A DNA stretch of 64,000 bases from Eledone cirrhosa (Eukaryota), in assembly GCA_964016885.1 (NCBI GenBank), contig OZ024744.1, positions 3,162,001 to 3,226,000 on the forward strand, in the 5' to 3' direction. Every line of letters begins with the position of its first letter. The first letter of the stretch is position 1. Positions 63,301-64,000 of this stretch are shown piece after piece. The position numbers and the translations under genes were made by a program. The notes under the pieces are model-generated. The model saw only the letters and a program-made list of their open reading frames with translations, was not told the origin of the DNA and did no database searches.

Positions 63301-64000
63301 GGTAGAGAAAGATAGCTTGGTGAAGAACGACGTTTTGAGGGAAGACAAGGTAGAGAAAGATAGCTTGGTGAAGAACGAAGTTTTGGGGAAGACAATGTAG
63401 AGAAAGATAGCTTGGTGAAGAACGAAATTTTGGGGGAAGACAAGGTAGAGAAAGATAGCTTGGTGAAGAACGAAGTTTTGAGGGAAGACAAGGTAGAGAA
63501 AGATAGCTTGGTGAAAAACGACGTTTTGAGGGAAGACAAGGTAGATAAAGATAGCTTGGTGAAGAACGACGTTTTGTGGGAAGACAAGGTGGAGAAAGAT
63601 AGCTTGGTGAAGAACGAAGTTTTGGGGGAAGACAAGGTAGAGAAAGATAGCTTGGTGAAGAACGAAGTTTTGGGGGAAGACAAGGTAGAGAAAGATAGCT
63701 TGGTGAAGAACGAAGTTTTGGGGGAAGACAAGGTAGAGAAAGATAGCTTGGTGAAGAACGAAGTTTTGGGGGAAGACAAGGTAGAGAAAGATAGCTTGGT
63801 GAAGAACGAAGTTTTGAGGGAAGGCAATGTAGAGAAAGATAGCTTGGTGAATAACAAAGTTTTGGGAGAAGACAAGGTCGAGAAAGATAGCTTGGTGAAT
63901 AACGAAGTTTTGAGGGTAGACAAGGTAGAGAAAGATAGCTTGGTGAAGAACGACGTTTTGAGGGAAGACAAGATAGAGAAAGATAGCTTGGTGAAGAACG

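Larger units (their letters stand above)
1..64000 (+). repeat. 48-bp tandem satellite array, about 1,330 monomers, single orientation, truncated by both window edges
   Basis: The consensus GAAGAACGAAGTTTTG[G/A/T]GGGAAGACAAGGTAGAGAAAGATAGCTTGGT recurs continuously from base 1 to 64000. Most copies carry 0-3 substitutions; recurrent 47-bp and 51-bp length variants occur. The G-allele consensus has A18 G18 T9 C3 (about 44% GC, 75% purine on +). Confidence 0.99.

Noticed and set aside
1-64000. CRISPR array or cassette/recombination-site array
   Set aside because: There are no unique spacers between repeats, no palindromic repeat, and no cas or recombinase genes.
1-64000. Telomeric repeat (TTTTGGGG) or canonical G-quadruplex array
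   Set aside because: TTTTGGGG occurs at most once per 48 bp and never in tandem. G-runs of three or more are about 43 nt apart, too far for canonical intramolecular G4.
1-64000. Embedded transposon, inversion, RNA gene, promoter or terminator
   Set aside because: No non-monomer or reverse-oriented sequence was seen on reading through, and the purine-skewed strand has little hairpin potential.

Overview
The whole 64-kb window is one uninterrupted head-to-tail tandem array of a 48-bp monomer (about 1,330 copies, all in the same orientation, running off both ends). The consensus is GAAGAACGAAGTTTTG[G/A/T]GGGAAGACAAGGTAGAGAAAGATAGCTTGGT. I see no unique sequence, inversion, transposon, RNA gene, CRISPR spacer or credible gene. 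The ORFs follow from the monomer itself: it is 16 codons long, has no stop in one + frame, and has no stop in any - frame. Amplified frameshifted and stop-containing monomers argue against current coding function. The real structure is higher-order. Recurrent variant monomers form cassettes, and these are nested in local tandem duplications of about 1.1-4.65 kb. The variant repertoire turns over from left to right, with transitions near 33-35 kb, 41-42 kb and 58-60 kb. This best fits a eukaryotic satellite DNA array with mosaic higher-order repeats. I do not recognise the family or the organism, and the sequence alone does not demonstrate a new functional system.
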